From Oceanispirochaeta sp. (GTDB lineage Bacteria; Spirochaetota; Spirochaetia; DSM-2461): DNA of 64,000 nt. Made by a program: the position numbers and the translations under genes. Under the pieces are notes generated by a model. The model was given only the letters and a program-made list of their open reading frames with translations, was not told the DNA's origin and did not search any database. Position 1 is the stretch's first letter. The number at the start of each line of letters is the position of its first letter. The stretch lies in contig CAXXXD010000003.1 in assembly GCA_963663385.2 (NCBI GenBank), positions 608,001 to 672,000 of the forward strand. The letters are read 5' to 3'. Below are positions 28,737 through 38,191 of the stretch, piece by piece.

Positions 28737-29900
28737 ATGAATATACTGGTTATACTTCTTTTTTCTGCACTTTTTGTTTCTGTTTTTCTTCTGCTCAGAG
28801 AAATATCGGCCTATCGAAGAAACTGTTCCCTGCTGTATAAGTATTTAAAGGGCTTGGACCCTGGAACACCCGACAGGTATAACCTGGAAGCTCTGATTCA
28901 GGTATTGGTTGATAGCGATAGGAGTCTCCGTAATACTCTGAATGATCTCAATGGCAGAATACCAGACAAGGATCAGATAAAGCAGCTGTACCTGAAAGCG
29001 ATGACTGCCAAAAACGAATTTAATGAAATTCTGGATAAAGCGGCGGAAGTCGGTCGGATGACTGTCGATAAGATGGCTCTGGTTGAGGATGCGGCTCAGA
29101 CAGCTTCCGACGTGGCTGATTCTGTAGAACATATCACAGCTGAAATGAGTGAAAATGCCAAATCCCTTAATGAAACAATCCCAAGAATGCAGAGTTTCCT
29201 GAGGAAAACCGGAAAGTTGAGGGAGGAATCCGCTTCGAGCAGTGCGCGGTCTGAGGAGCTTGTAAAAATCCTTGCAGAAGGAGATCAGACGATCAGGCAG
29301 ACTGTCGCTTCTATTGAGAAAATTAACGAAGTGGCCCAGGAAGTCCGGGAGAGTCTGATTCAGATTTCATCAATTGCCGATCAGACAAATATACTGGCTA
29401 TGAATGCAGCGATTCAGGCCGCTCATGCCGGGGAATCCGGCAAGGGATTTGCTGTTGTCGCCGGAGAAGTAAGAAAGCTGGCCACTGATGCGGGAACTGC
29501 TGTCGGATTTATTGCAAAGCAGATAGAGGAAATGTCTGTAAGAATTGAAACGGGGCACAATCTTTCCGGCAGAACGGAAGCCATCTTTGCAGAAATAACC
29601 CGGGGAGTCCGGGAATCTGATGAACTGATAAATGGTATGGACAGGAGTCTGACAGAGCAAATGGATGAAGCCCGTGTAATCCTGCCCGCAATGGAAGCTT
29701 TGTCGGGTCAGGTTCATAACCTCAATCAGACAGCAGGTAAAGAGAGGGGTAAATCTGAACGCATTAAGGATGATATGCAGAAAATTGCCGAAACCTCGGA
29801 GCGTATCCATGAAACGGAGCAGGAACTGATAAAAAAAGATTATAAAGTTCTGGAGATCATTGACAGTCTGATCCAGGGGGCAGGGCAGATCCGTTCATAA
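28737..29900 (+). CDS. Methyl-accepting chemotaxis protein, single TM, no obvious sensor domain
   Basis: [27 protein letters not shown]; likely ATG at 28737. Confidence 0.85.
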   Translation: MNILVILLFSALFVSVFLLLREISAYRRNCSLLYKYLKGLDPGTPDRYNLEALIQVLVDSDRSLRNTLNDLNGRIPDKDQIKQLYLKAMTAKNEFNEILDKAAEVGRMTVDKMALVEDAAQTASDVADSVEHITAEMSENAKSLNETIPRMQSFLRKTGKLREESASSSARSEELVKILAEGDQTIRQTVASIEKINEVAQEVRESLIQISSIADQTNILAMNAAIQAAHAGESGKGFAVVAGEVRKLATDAGTAVGFIAKQIEEMSVRIETGHNLSGRTEAIFAEITRGVRESDELINGMDRSLTEQMDEARVILPAMEALSGQVHNLNQTAGKERGKSERIKDDMQKIAETSERIHETEQELIKKDYKVLEIIDSLIQGAGQIRS

Positions 29901-30042
29901 TCCCTTTATAATTCAACTTGTATAAATTATGCTGAAAAAAGGGAGCTCTGTAAATATATTTATTTACATGAAATGCTTTCCCTAAAAGAGTATAATTATT
30001 GAGAATGCACCTGTTACGGGTAAAAGATTTAAAGGAAACTCC

Positions 30043-31719
30043 ATGAAAAAGGCAGTAATACTAATCTTTTTTTGCACCTTTATCTCAAATATATACTCCC
30101 AGAACGAATCGGTTATCCGTTTCGGGCTTGTTCCGGACTATCCTCCAACCACGTTTGTAGACGAAAACGGAACACCCACAGGTTTTTTTATAGAGCTTTT
30201 TTCCAGAATTATGGATGATCTGGGTTATGAATACGAGTATGAGATTGGTCTGTTTACAGAATTGTACGAAGGAATCCTGAATAATGAAATCGATTTTTTT
30301 TGTTCTCTATTGAGAATTCCGTCCCGGGAAGATCAGATTTATTGGCCGTCTGAGGCGGCTACCACAGGATGGGGACAGTTCTTTATCAAACCGGGAAACT
30401 CGTTTAACGATATCCTAACCCTGCAGAATCAGAAGATAGGTCTGGTAACGGAGGAAGCTGAGGGACAGAATTTTATCGAGTATTTGAAATCTCTGAATAT
30501 ACAGACCGAAGTGGTCTATTTCGACAGTTTTGAGAAGCTGATTCAGGCGGTCTGGGATGAATCCGTTATAGGTGGCGTGGCGCATAATACCCGGTTGCTG
30601 GAAGAAGACCGGATACAGCCTACTACTATTGTATTTTCTCCTCTATCCAGTTATGCCACCACGGGCGCCCGGAATAAGGATATGATCCCGCGGGTGGATG
30701 CCATCAGTACCCGTCTGCACGAATTGAAGAATGATCCGGATTCCTATTACTGGCAGCTCTATGAAAAATGGATGTCAACCGAAAGGGTGGAGAAGAAGGT
30801 GGTTCCCCAATGGGTCACTGTATTCTTTATCTTTCTCTTTTCTATTATTCTGCTGCTTTATTCTTTTTCCAGAATTCTGCGTTTAAAAATTGAATTAAGC
30901 ACCAGGGCGTTAAGAGATTTAAATGATTCCCTGGAAGAGAAAGTTGCCGAAAGAACACTGGAACTCAAGGACACATCAGAAAAGCTTATTCAATCAGAAA
31001 AACTGGCTTTAACATCCCGTCTTGTTGCCGGAATAGCACATGAAATCAACACTCCCATAGGGGTGGCATTAACATCCATGTCCTACAGCGAGGAGTTATT
31101 GGCCAACCTTGAAGAAGCATATCGGAGTGATGAGCTTTCTACGGATGATTTTGATAATTATATAAAAAACTCCAGGGAATCCCTGACTATCAGTCTGAAG
31201 AATATCCGCCGGGCAGTTGATCTGATCCGGAATTTTAAAAACATCTCTTCCGACCAGGTCCGTTATGATTTAATCACCGTTAACCTGAAGGAGTATTTCA
31301 ACAGTATTCTTCTGACCGTTTCTCCCGAATTGAAGAAAACCCGCTTACGGGTCCACACCAATTTTACAGATAAGGAAATAACTTCCTATGCCGCCGTATT
31401 TACCCAGATTATAGTTAATTTTGTCATGAACTCCCTGAGCCATGCCTTTAGAAAGGGCGAAACGGGGAACCTGTATATCTCGGTACTGGCTTCCGGCGGT
31501 ATCTGCAGAATTATCTATACAGATGACGGAGCCGGAATCTCACCAGACATCAAGGAGCATATATTCGAACCTTTTTTTACTACAAACAGGAGTCAGGGGA
31601 ATACTGGTCTCGGGTTGAGTGTTGTGAACAATCTGATTACAGAGAAACTTAAAGGGACGATTCAGGTCAGAAGTAAACCGGACAGGTATACCTGTTTTAT
31701 TATAGAATTCCCCTGCTAA
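30043..31719 (+). CDS. Sensor histidine kinase with periplasmic SBP domain
   Basis: DYPP SBP N-terminus, TM, AHEINTP H-box, N-box, DDGAG, FEPFFTT, GLGL. Confidence 0.92.
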   Translation: MKKAVILIFFCTFISNIYSQNESVIRFGLVPDYPPTTFVDENGTPTGFFIELFSRIMDDLGYEYEYEIGLFTELYEGILNNEIDFFCSLLRIPSREDQIYWPSEAATTGWGQFFIKPGNSFNDILTLQNQKIGLVTEEAEGQNFIEYLKSLNIQTEVVYFDSFEKLIQAVWDESVIGGVAHNTRLLEEDRIQPTTIVFSPLSSYATTGARNKDMIPRVDAISTRLHELKNDPDSYYWQLYEKWMSTERVEKKVVPQWVTVFFIFLFSIILLLYSFSRILRLKIELSTRALRDLNDSLEEKVAERTLELKDTSEKLIQSEKLALTSRLVAGIAHEINTPIGVALTSMSYSEELLANLEEAYRSDELSTDDFDNYIKNSRESLTISLKNIRRAVDLIRNFKNISSDQVRYDLITVNLKEYFNSILLTVSPELKKTRLRVHTNFTDKEITSYAAVFTQIIVNFVMNSLSHAFRKGETGNLYISVLASGGICRIIYTDDGAGISPDIKEHIFEPFFTTNRSQGNTGLGLSVVNNLITEKLKGTIQVRSKPDRYTCFIIEFPC

Positions 31720-32203
31720 AATCCTTTGGTTTCAGAACGCAGAATTGCTCAGTCCTGAAATCCTTCCATGTTCCTTCCAGGGTCAGCACAACGGCGCAGC
31801 AGGTGGGCATAGGGATCTCTTTTGCTCCCAGAATGGAGGCCAGATAGCTGATCCCCGGGTTATGAGCTATCAGGAAAAGGGTTTCAATCCTCTCTTCCGT
31901 TCTGTCTATGGCCGCCGTGAGGTCATTCGGACTCCCCAGGTAGAGGGATGGAATCTCCTTTATAATCTCTTTTTCCTTGCCTGCCTCATTCTTGTATTCT
32001 GATAAAATCAAACAGGCCGTAGTTCGGGCCCGGTTGGCGGGACTGCTCAATATCAGGTCCGGGTTAATCCCCATTCCTTTTAATCTTCTGGCTATTGCCG
32101 GAGCATCCTTCTGTCCCCGTTTGTTTAAAGGTCTATCAAAATCAGAAAGCTCATGATGTCCCCAGTCTGATTTGGCATGTCGGATAAGAACAAGGGTTTT
32201 CAA
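31700..32203 (-). CDS. sixA: SixA-like histidine phosphatase
   Basis: RHAKS, SSPANRA, AHNP. Confidence 0.88.
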   Translation of the reverse strand: MKTLVLIRHAKSDWGHHELSDFDRPLNKRGQKDAPAIARRLKGMGINPDLILSSPANRARTTACLILSEYKNEAGKEKEIIKEIPSLYLGSPNDLTAAIDRTEERIETLFLIAHNPGISYLASILGAKEIPMPTCCAVVLTLEGTWKDFRTEQFCVLKPKDFSRGIL

Positions 32204-32212
32204 TGTTTTTCC

Positions 32213-32599
32213 TTATTTGTCATATAACTTTTTTTCCAGGTCATTGATCTTTTTATCTACCTGATTAATGCGGTATTCAATAGAGTTCAGAATCCAGAAC
32301 TGGAAATGGTTTACCTTGTGGGATGTATACATCATCCATACTATCTTGATCGATAGAAAAAGAATCCCTATTTCCAGGGACACAAAAGGGGGGAGCCAGT
32401 GAGTGACTATCTCAAGTGTGAAAAATGTAAGAACTACAACCAGAAAAAAGATATTAATAAGTCTTTCCTTGCGATGGCTCATGCTGCCGCCAAGATTTCC
32501 GAGGAGTTTCTTTACTCGTTCTTTCTCTTTTTTAAACTCCTCAACTTCTCTTGCCAGTTCCTTTTCAAGATCTGTCTGGGGTATCTGGTTCGCTTCCAA
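32213..32599 (-). CDS. Hypothetical membrane protein (coiled coil, two TMs)
   Basis: Likely TTG start at 32599 after AGGAG; HFQFWILNSIE motif. Confidence 0.7.
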   Translation of the reverse strand: MEANQIPQTDLEKELAREVEEFKKEKERVKKLLGNLGGSMSHRKERLINIFFLVVVLTFFTLEIVTHWLPPFVSLEIGILFLSIKIVWMMYTSHKVNHFQFWILNSIEYRINQVDKKINDLEKKLYDK

Positions 32600-32774
32600 A
32601 ACACTCTCCTTTAGTTCAGCATTATTCTTATTATAATATGAAAATAACATAATAAGGTTTCAGGGAAAAATCTTCAACAACTTTCGCCTTGGTTGACTCA
32701 TATCAATTATATCTATAATATGTTGCACTGATGCCCTGTATGGGTGTTAAGAAATTTTAGGAGTATGTAAAGTA

Positions 32775-33392
32775 ATGGCAAGAAATTCCAAATCAAGAGG
32801 AAAAGTTGTCCGCCGTTTAGGTGTCAATATTTACGGAAACAGTAAATATGATAGATTACTTAAAAAGAAACCTCATACCCCCGGACAGGAAAAAGGTAAA
32901 CGGGTTCGGAAAAAAGAGAGTGACTACGGTAAACAGCTGGCTGAAAAGCAGAAAATCAAATTTTCTTACGGCATGAGCGAGAAACAGTTCTATAACCTGT
33001 TTCTGAAAGCCAAGAAAATGAGCGGACTGACCGGTGATAACATGATGATCCTTCTCGAAAGAAGACTGGATAACATCGTTTACAGACTGGGAATCGCTTC
33101 TACAAGAGCTCAGGCTCGTCAGATGGTAAGTCACGGACACATTCATGTGAACGGCCGCCGTTGTAACATTCCTTCAAGAAGCCTTCGCGAGGGTGATGAA
33201 GTCTCCGTCAAAGATAATGACAGAACAAAGAAACTGATTAGGGAATGCTTGTCTTCCAACAACATGCCCGTTCCTGTTTGGCTGACTCTGTCTGAAGATA
33301 ACCTGATTGGCCGTGTGGAAAGAAGTCCTTACAGGACAGACATCGCCAGCGTTGCCAATGAACAGATGGTTGTTGAGTTCTACTCCAAATAA
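32775..33392 (+). CDS. rpsD: 30S ribosomal protein S4
   Basis: [11 protein letters not shown]...ARQMVSHGH...VVEFYSK; no Zn-binding cysteines; stand-alone location as in spirochaetes. Confidence 0.98.
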   Translation: MARNSKSRGKVVRRLGVNIYGNSKYDRLLKKKPHTPGQEKGKRVRKKESDYGKQLAEKQKIKFSYGMSEKQFYNLFLKAKKMSGLTGDNMMILLERRLDNIVYRLGIASTRAQARQMVSHGHIHVNGRRCNIPSRSLREGDEVSVKDNDRTKKLIRECLSSNNMPVPVWLTLSEDNLIGRVERSPYRTDIASVANEQMVVEFYSK

Positions 33393-33412
33393 TCCTGACT
33401 GTTTGTTATCTG

Positions 33413-33439
33413 AAACCCGGCATCAGCCGGGTTTTTTTT
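33413..33439 (+). terminator. Rho-independent terminator of rpsD
   Basis: AAACCCGGC-ATCA-GCCGGGTTT followed by a T run. Confidence 0.85.
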
Positions 33440-33695
33440 ATAATACTTTATATATCAGCCAGTGCTCCCTGACAGGATGGATCGGTCAGTGGAGAATGGT
33501 TTTTACAGTTTCCAGAGTATCATAACTGTTAAGAACCAGAAACCGGGATGATTAACGGCCTTAAATTCTGATATACGTGGATTTCACAGGATAATAGTTA
33601 AGTTCAGGAATGGTTGCAACTCTCTAGGTGTGGATAGTCATGATTTACTCCTGAAAGAAATGCGGAGTAAGCAGCTATCTCTCTTAATATTCAAA

Positions 33696-33709
33696 TTAGT
33701 CTTGCCTAA
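33696..33709. promoter_or_regulatory. TTAG-N6-CTAA palindrome, candidate metal-repressor (DtxR/IdeR-type) box upstream of hutW
   Basis: TTAGTCTTGCCTAA; related boxes at 33745, 43051, 43070 and 45016. Confidence 0.55.
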
Positions 33710-33816
33710 AATAATTATTTTAGCAATAATATATTTGGAAAAACTTAGGTAAATCCAGATTAACTATAAATAATAAAAAAGAATCATTTCGATTCTGCTT
33801 GTAGGAGAATCAAATA

Positions 33817-35373
33817 ATGACTGTAGAAGAAATGGACTATAAAGGCAAATGGGAAAGGTCTGCTGAAGATATGATGAATAGAATGCCTTCTTTTATGAAA
33901 GAGACAGTCAAAAAAAAGGTTGAGCAGGAAGCCCTGAGAAGGGGTATGGCAAGGATTACCAGTGATTTATTAAATGATATTAAATCAAGTATGATGAGAG
34001 GGTCTCCCCGACATTCGGAGAGGGAAGAGAGGGGCATCAGTGATTTCTATGCTTTGACTGACAAAGAACCCATCTTGGCCGGATTCAAAAAGAGGAGTAA
34101 AACTCCCCATGCCGGTATGGGGAGTATGGCACCTGTAGAGGACAGTTCCCGGATCTGGGACGATTTTTCCAGGCAGATTGACAGCGAGAAAGTCAGGGCT
34201 CTCTATATCCATATCCCCTTCTGCCTGGCTCGCTGTAAGTTCTGCGGCTTCTATCACTCGAAGACGAATAAAGAAGCAATCTCCGCCTATGTGGACGAAC
34301 TCCTCCGTGAAATGGATATGGTAGCGGATTCAACTTATGCCTCATCGACCCCATTCAATGCGGTCTATTTCGGCGGAGGGACGCCCACGGATATAGCTGC
34401 GGCAGATCTCAAACGGATCATGACCCATCTCCAAAGCCGCTGGAATCTGGCCAACGACTGCGAAATAACACTGGAAGGCCGTCTACACGGCTTTGACGAC
34501 GACAAGATGGCGGTGTGCCTTGACCAGGGAGTAAACAGATTCTCCTTCGGAATACAGTCCTTCAATACCCGGATACGCCGTTCGATGGGGCGTATTGAAA
34601 AGAAGGAATTCCTTCTCAAACGCCTTGATGAGATACTGAAAACCAATGGGGCCAATGTGTCCATCGACCTTATCTACGGTTTTCCCGAACAGAGTAATGA
34701 GATCTGGCTCGACGACCTGAAGTCTGCTGTGGAAAGCGGTGTAGACTCAGCCAGTATCTATCGTCTGAAACCTATGCCCGATTCTCCCATTCAGGAACTG
34801 GTGAAGCAGGGCAGACTCGCTCCTCCTGCCTCTATGGATGTTCAGGCCGAGCAGTTCGGCCTCTCCAACGATTTTTTCCGTTCTATGAATGCCCGTCGTG
34901 CCGGTGTGACCCACTGGGCTTTCACCAACCGGGAGCGCTGTGTGTACAACTCCATATCGGCCTACGGAGGTTCCATCCTGCCCGTGGGCTGCGGCGCCGG
35001 GGGAAATTTAGGAAAGTACAGCGTGATGCAGAGGATGAGCCTTAAAGAATATTCCGGCTATATAGAAAAAGGGCTAAAGCCCCTGGGTTCTATGATTGCC
35101 GAAAAGAAACAGAACCGGGCCCTTACCATGCTCAACGGAGAGCTTCACCTGAATCTGGGGATCAACCTTATTGAACACTCCCGAAGAACGGGCGAAGTGG
35201 GATTGAATGAAACCTTCGCCCCTCTTCTCGAACAGTGGGATGAGGCGGGGATGGTTTCATACAACAGGGAAATCGGTCTTGTGCGGCTGACTGATGCGGG
35301 TGTATTTCATGCGCCTCAAATCCAGCAGAACTTACTTGATTATTATGAATGGAAGAAAGGAGGAGAGGAGTGA
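33817..35373 (+). CDS. hutW: Anaerobic haem-degrading class C radical SAM methyltransferase (HutW/ChuW) with an N-terminal PCP_red-like domain
   Basis: LYIHIPFCLARCKFC (CxxxCxxC), YFGGGTPT, LANDCEITLEGR, RFSFGIQSF, HW...RER..YN; haem-gene context. Confidence 0.85.
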   Translation: MTVEEMDYKGKWERSAEDMMNRMPSFMKETVKKKVEQEALRRGMARITSDLLNDIKSSMMRGSPRHSEREERGISDFYALTDKEPILAGFKKRSKTPHAGMGSMAPVEDSSRIWDDFSRQIDSEKVRALYIHIPFCLARCKFCGFYHSKTNKEAISAYVDELLREMDMVADSTYASSTPFNAVYFGGGTPTDIAAADLKRIMTHLQSRWNLANDCEITLEGRLHGFDDDKMAVCLDQGVNRFSFGIQSFNTRIRRSMGRIEKKEFLLKRLDEILKTNGANVSIDLIYGFPEQSNEIWLDDLKSAVESGVDSASIYRLKPMPDSPIQELVKQGRLAPPASMDVQAEQFGLSNDFFRSMNARRAGVTHWAFTNRERCVYNSISAYGGSILPVGCGAGGNLGKYSVMQRMSLKEYSGYIEKGLKPLGSMIAEKKQNRALTMLNGELHLNLGINLIEHSRRTGEVGLNETFAPLLEQWDEAGMVSYNREIGLVRLTDAGVFHAPQIQQNLLDYYEWKKGGEE

Positions 35374-35921
35374 AGGAGAAAATTAAGGAATTCCTTTACT
35401 GGGAGAACATTGACCTGATATCAGTGGGGACCTTTGCGGCCCTGATAAGAGTCTCCACCTATCTTATCTCCATTTGCGGCGGGGGGATGAATCCCCTGGC
35501 TTTCATCCTTAAGAATATCATCGGAATAAGCCTCATTGTTGTATTGTGTCATAAGGTAACCCGCTTCGGAGTCCTGACCCTGTATTCCGCCGTCACCTAT
35601 CTGTTTTCCATGATCATATCGGGCAGCTTTACCCTTTCAATGCCTGTTGTTCTGATCTTCGCCCTGTTGTCGGATACACTGATGTACTTCGGAGGACGAA
35701 AGAAACGGCTGGGGGCGGTTCTTTTTTCGGTTATCTTCTATGAAATCGGGACAAAGCTATTCGGACTGGCCTACTCGTTCCTGTTCGTCAGGGAGGATAT
35801 AAGGCTTTTAATCATGCCGACTATCGTGGTTGTTATTGGACTTATCGGATCTTTTATAGGCCTTTACAGTGGAGCCAAATTGCTGAAGGAGCTGCGTCAT
35901 GCCGGGATTATTCGGAAGTAA
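35370..35921 (+). CDS. ECF transporter substrate-specific S component (MptD/Trep_Strep-like)
   Basis: About 6 TMs, ends KELRHAGII; GTG overlaps the hutW stop codon. Confidence 0.75.
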   Translation: MKEKIKEFLYWENIDLISVGTFAALIRVSTYLISICGGGMNPLAFILKNIIGISLIVVLCHKVTRFGVLTLYSAVTYLFSMIISGSFTLSMPVVLIFALLSDTLMYFGGRKKRLGAVLFSVIFYEIGTKLFGLAYSFLFVREDIRLLIMPTIVVVIGLIGSFIGLYSGAKLLKELRHAGIIRK

Positions 35922-36747
35922 ATTTCACAGATCGGAAGACTCATTCGCCATCAGACTGAGCGGTTGGACCAAGCTGGGCATGTGTACAGCCGTATCCGTG
36001 GTAACCCTATTCCTTAAGCATGAGCCGGCCCTTATGATTCTCCTGGCAGCGGGAGCGGTTTTCGCCTTTTCTCAACTGAAGCTGCGGGTCATCCTTTTTC
36101 TTTATCTTGCCATTGGAGTCATGTCGGCCCTCTCTGTGGGCTTTGCCTCCCTGCTGGGGCGGCTTGCTTCAAATATCCACCCCGCTTTTACCGGATATAA
36201 CGCCTTCGTTATGCTCCTCCCCTTTATGCGTGTTATCGCAGTAATGCAGGTCCTGGTGGTAACGGCCCTCTCCACCAGCCCCCAGGAGATCCTTACTAAT
36301 CTTAAAAGCATCAGACTGCCCCGCTTCCTCTACCTCCCCGTTCTGGTGATGCTCCGCTTCGTTCCCTCCTTTATCAACGATATGAAGCAGATCAATGAGA
36401 GCCTGAAAGTACGGGGTCTGCGGGTCAATCTGTTGACGTTGATAACCCGTCCCGGTCTCACCATCCGCTGCAGTGTCATTCCCCTAATCTTCAGAGCCTT
36501 CAGGTCGTCAGATGAGTTGGCCGTTGCCTCCGAATTGAAAGGGGTCGGTTATTTAAAGAAGACCACCTCCTTCAGGCCCAACAGAATGGGCCGGATCGAC
36601 GTTGTTATGATCCTTGTCTCAGTCCTCCTTCTCACTTCGTCTCTTTACCTTCAGTCTCTGGCCCCTCCCGAAGAATCGATGATGCACGGAAGAATGGGAT
36701 ACAACACGGAAGTGAAGATCAGCCCCTCTCCGGGACAGGATGTTTAA
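35899..36747 (+). CDS. ECF transporter T component
   Basis: LRFVPSF...ESLKVRG and ASELKG coupling-helix motifs. Confidence 0.88.
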   Translation: MPGLFGSKFHRSEDSFAIRLSGWTKLGMCTAVSVVTLFLKHEPALMILLAAGAVFAFSQLKLRVILFLYLAIGVMSALSVGFASLLGRLASNIHPAFTGYNAFVMLLPFMRVIAVMQVLVVTALSTSPQEILTNLKSIRLPRFLYLPVLVMLRFVPSFINDMKQINESLKVRGLRVNLLTLITRPGLTIRCSVIPLIFRAFRSSDELAVASELKGVGYLKKTTSFRPNRMGRIDVVMILVSVLLLTSSLYLQSLAPPEESMMHGRMGYNTEVKISPSPGQDV

Positions 36748-36749
36748 CA

Positions 36750-38180
36750 ATGGTAAAACTACGGAATATATCCTACAGCTATCCCCATAGCGATAAGAAT
36801 GTACTCTCCGGTTTGGATTATCACATCTCTCCGGGGGATGTGGTACTTGTCACCGGGGCAAGCGGCTGCGGGAAGTCTACCTTCATGCGCTGTCTCAACG
36901 GTCTTGTTCCCCACTTCTTCCAGGGAGAGCTGCAGGGAGAGGTGTTCATCGACGGAACGGATAGCCGGGATGAGAACATACCGGAGATTGCCTGCAAGGT
37001 GGGCTCCCTCTTTCAAGACCCTGAGCAGCAGTTCTTCACCCTGGATGTGGAAAGCGAGATTGCCTTTGGCCATGAGCAAAGGGGTGTGGAAGCGGAAAGG
37101 ATCAACTCTATCATTACCCGGATGGCCGAACGTCTGGGCATCTCCCATATTTTAAAATCCTCCCTCTTTACCCTTTCCGAGGGGGAGAAACAGAAGACGG
37201 CCCTGGCCTCGACTCTCTCCATGAAGCCGAAGGCAATCCTGCTGGATGAGCCGACGGCCAATCTGGACCACGAATCGACACTGAATCTGGCCGGGTTTGT
37301 AAGGGATTTAAAGGAAGAAGGGATCACTGTCATCATCGTGGACCACCGCCTCTACTGGCTCGACGGGATTGTTGATGCGACCCTGATCATGAAAGAGGGC
37401 CGGATCGTCAGGCAGTGCGCTTTTAAAGAACTTTATAATAAGGAGCTGAGAAAAGAGTTTGGATTGAGATCACCGGATATCAAAGGACTGAACAGGCATA
37501 TCGAAGGGATTCCCTCTACGGAGGCATGGACGGGAGACGCCGTAACCGTTTCGGGTCTGACATTCGGCTACAAGGGCAAGGACCTGCTTTTCGAGAATGA
37601 TAATTTCCGCTTCCCCATGGGTAAGGTCAGTTCCATCATCGGGCATAACGGATGCGGAAAAACCACTCTGGCCCGGCTTATGACTGGTTTAAGTAAGTTA
37701 AAAACAGGGGATATCTGTGTTGCCTCCGAGAGTCTCAGTACGAAACAACTGTGTAAACGGGCGGGACTGGTTTTTCAGAACTCGGATCATCAGCTGTTTA
37801 TGAGTACCGTTCTGGAAGAGATGGAAACAGCCGGCATGAAAATTAGAAAAAGAGAACGCAGGAAGAAGGCCGTAGATCTGCTGACCCACTTCAATCTGAA
37901 GGATTCCCTCCATGCTCATCCCCAGTCCCTTTCGGGAGGGCAGAAGCAGCGTCTGGTCATCGCCTGTGCTCTGATGAAGGAGCCGGACATCCTGATTCTT
38001 GACGAGCCCACCAGCGGATTGGACGGAAAGAACATGTCTGTCATAGCCCACACCCTTGAGAAGATAGGAAAAGAGGGGAGCTGCGTCATTCTCATCACAC
38101 ACGACCTTGAGCTTATCGCAAGTGCAAGTGACTATATATTGAATCTGGGAGATGTCCGCAAGGGAACTCCCGCTAAATAA
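36750..38180 (+). CDS. ECF transporter fused dual ATPase
   Basis: Two Walker A motifs (GASGCGKS, GHNGCGKT), FQDPEQQFF, two LDEPT. Confidence 0.92.
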   Translation: MVKLRNISYSYPHSDKNVLSGLDYHISPGDVVLVTGASGCGKSTFMRCLNGLVPHFFQGELQGEVFIDGTDSRDENIPEIACKVGSLFQDPEQQFFTLDVESEIAFGHEQRGVEAERINSIITRMAERLGISHILKSSLFTLSEGEKQKTALASTLSMKPKAILLDEPTANLDHESTLNLAGFVRDLKEEGITVIIVDHRLYWLDGIVDATLIMKEGRIVRQCAFKELYNKELRKEFGLRSPDIKGLNRHIEGIPSTEAWTGDAVTVSGLTFGYKGKDLLFENDNFRFPMGKVSSIIGHNGCGKTTLARLMTGLSKLKTGDICVASESLSTKQLCKRAGLVFQNSDHQLFMSTVLEEMETAGMKIRKRERRKKAVDLLTHFNLKDSLHAHPQSLSGGQKQRLVIACALMKEPDILILDEPTSGLDGKNMSVIAHTLEKIGKEGSCVILITHDLELIASASDYILNLGDVRKGTPAK

Positions 38181-38191
38181 GGATGTTAAAA

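Noticed and set aside
33817..35373. Annotation as HemN coproporphyrinogen III oxidase
   Set aside because: The LANDCEITLEGR and HW...RER motifs and the HutX/ECF/TBDR neighbourhood fit HutW/ChuW better.
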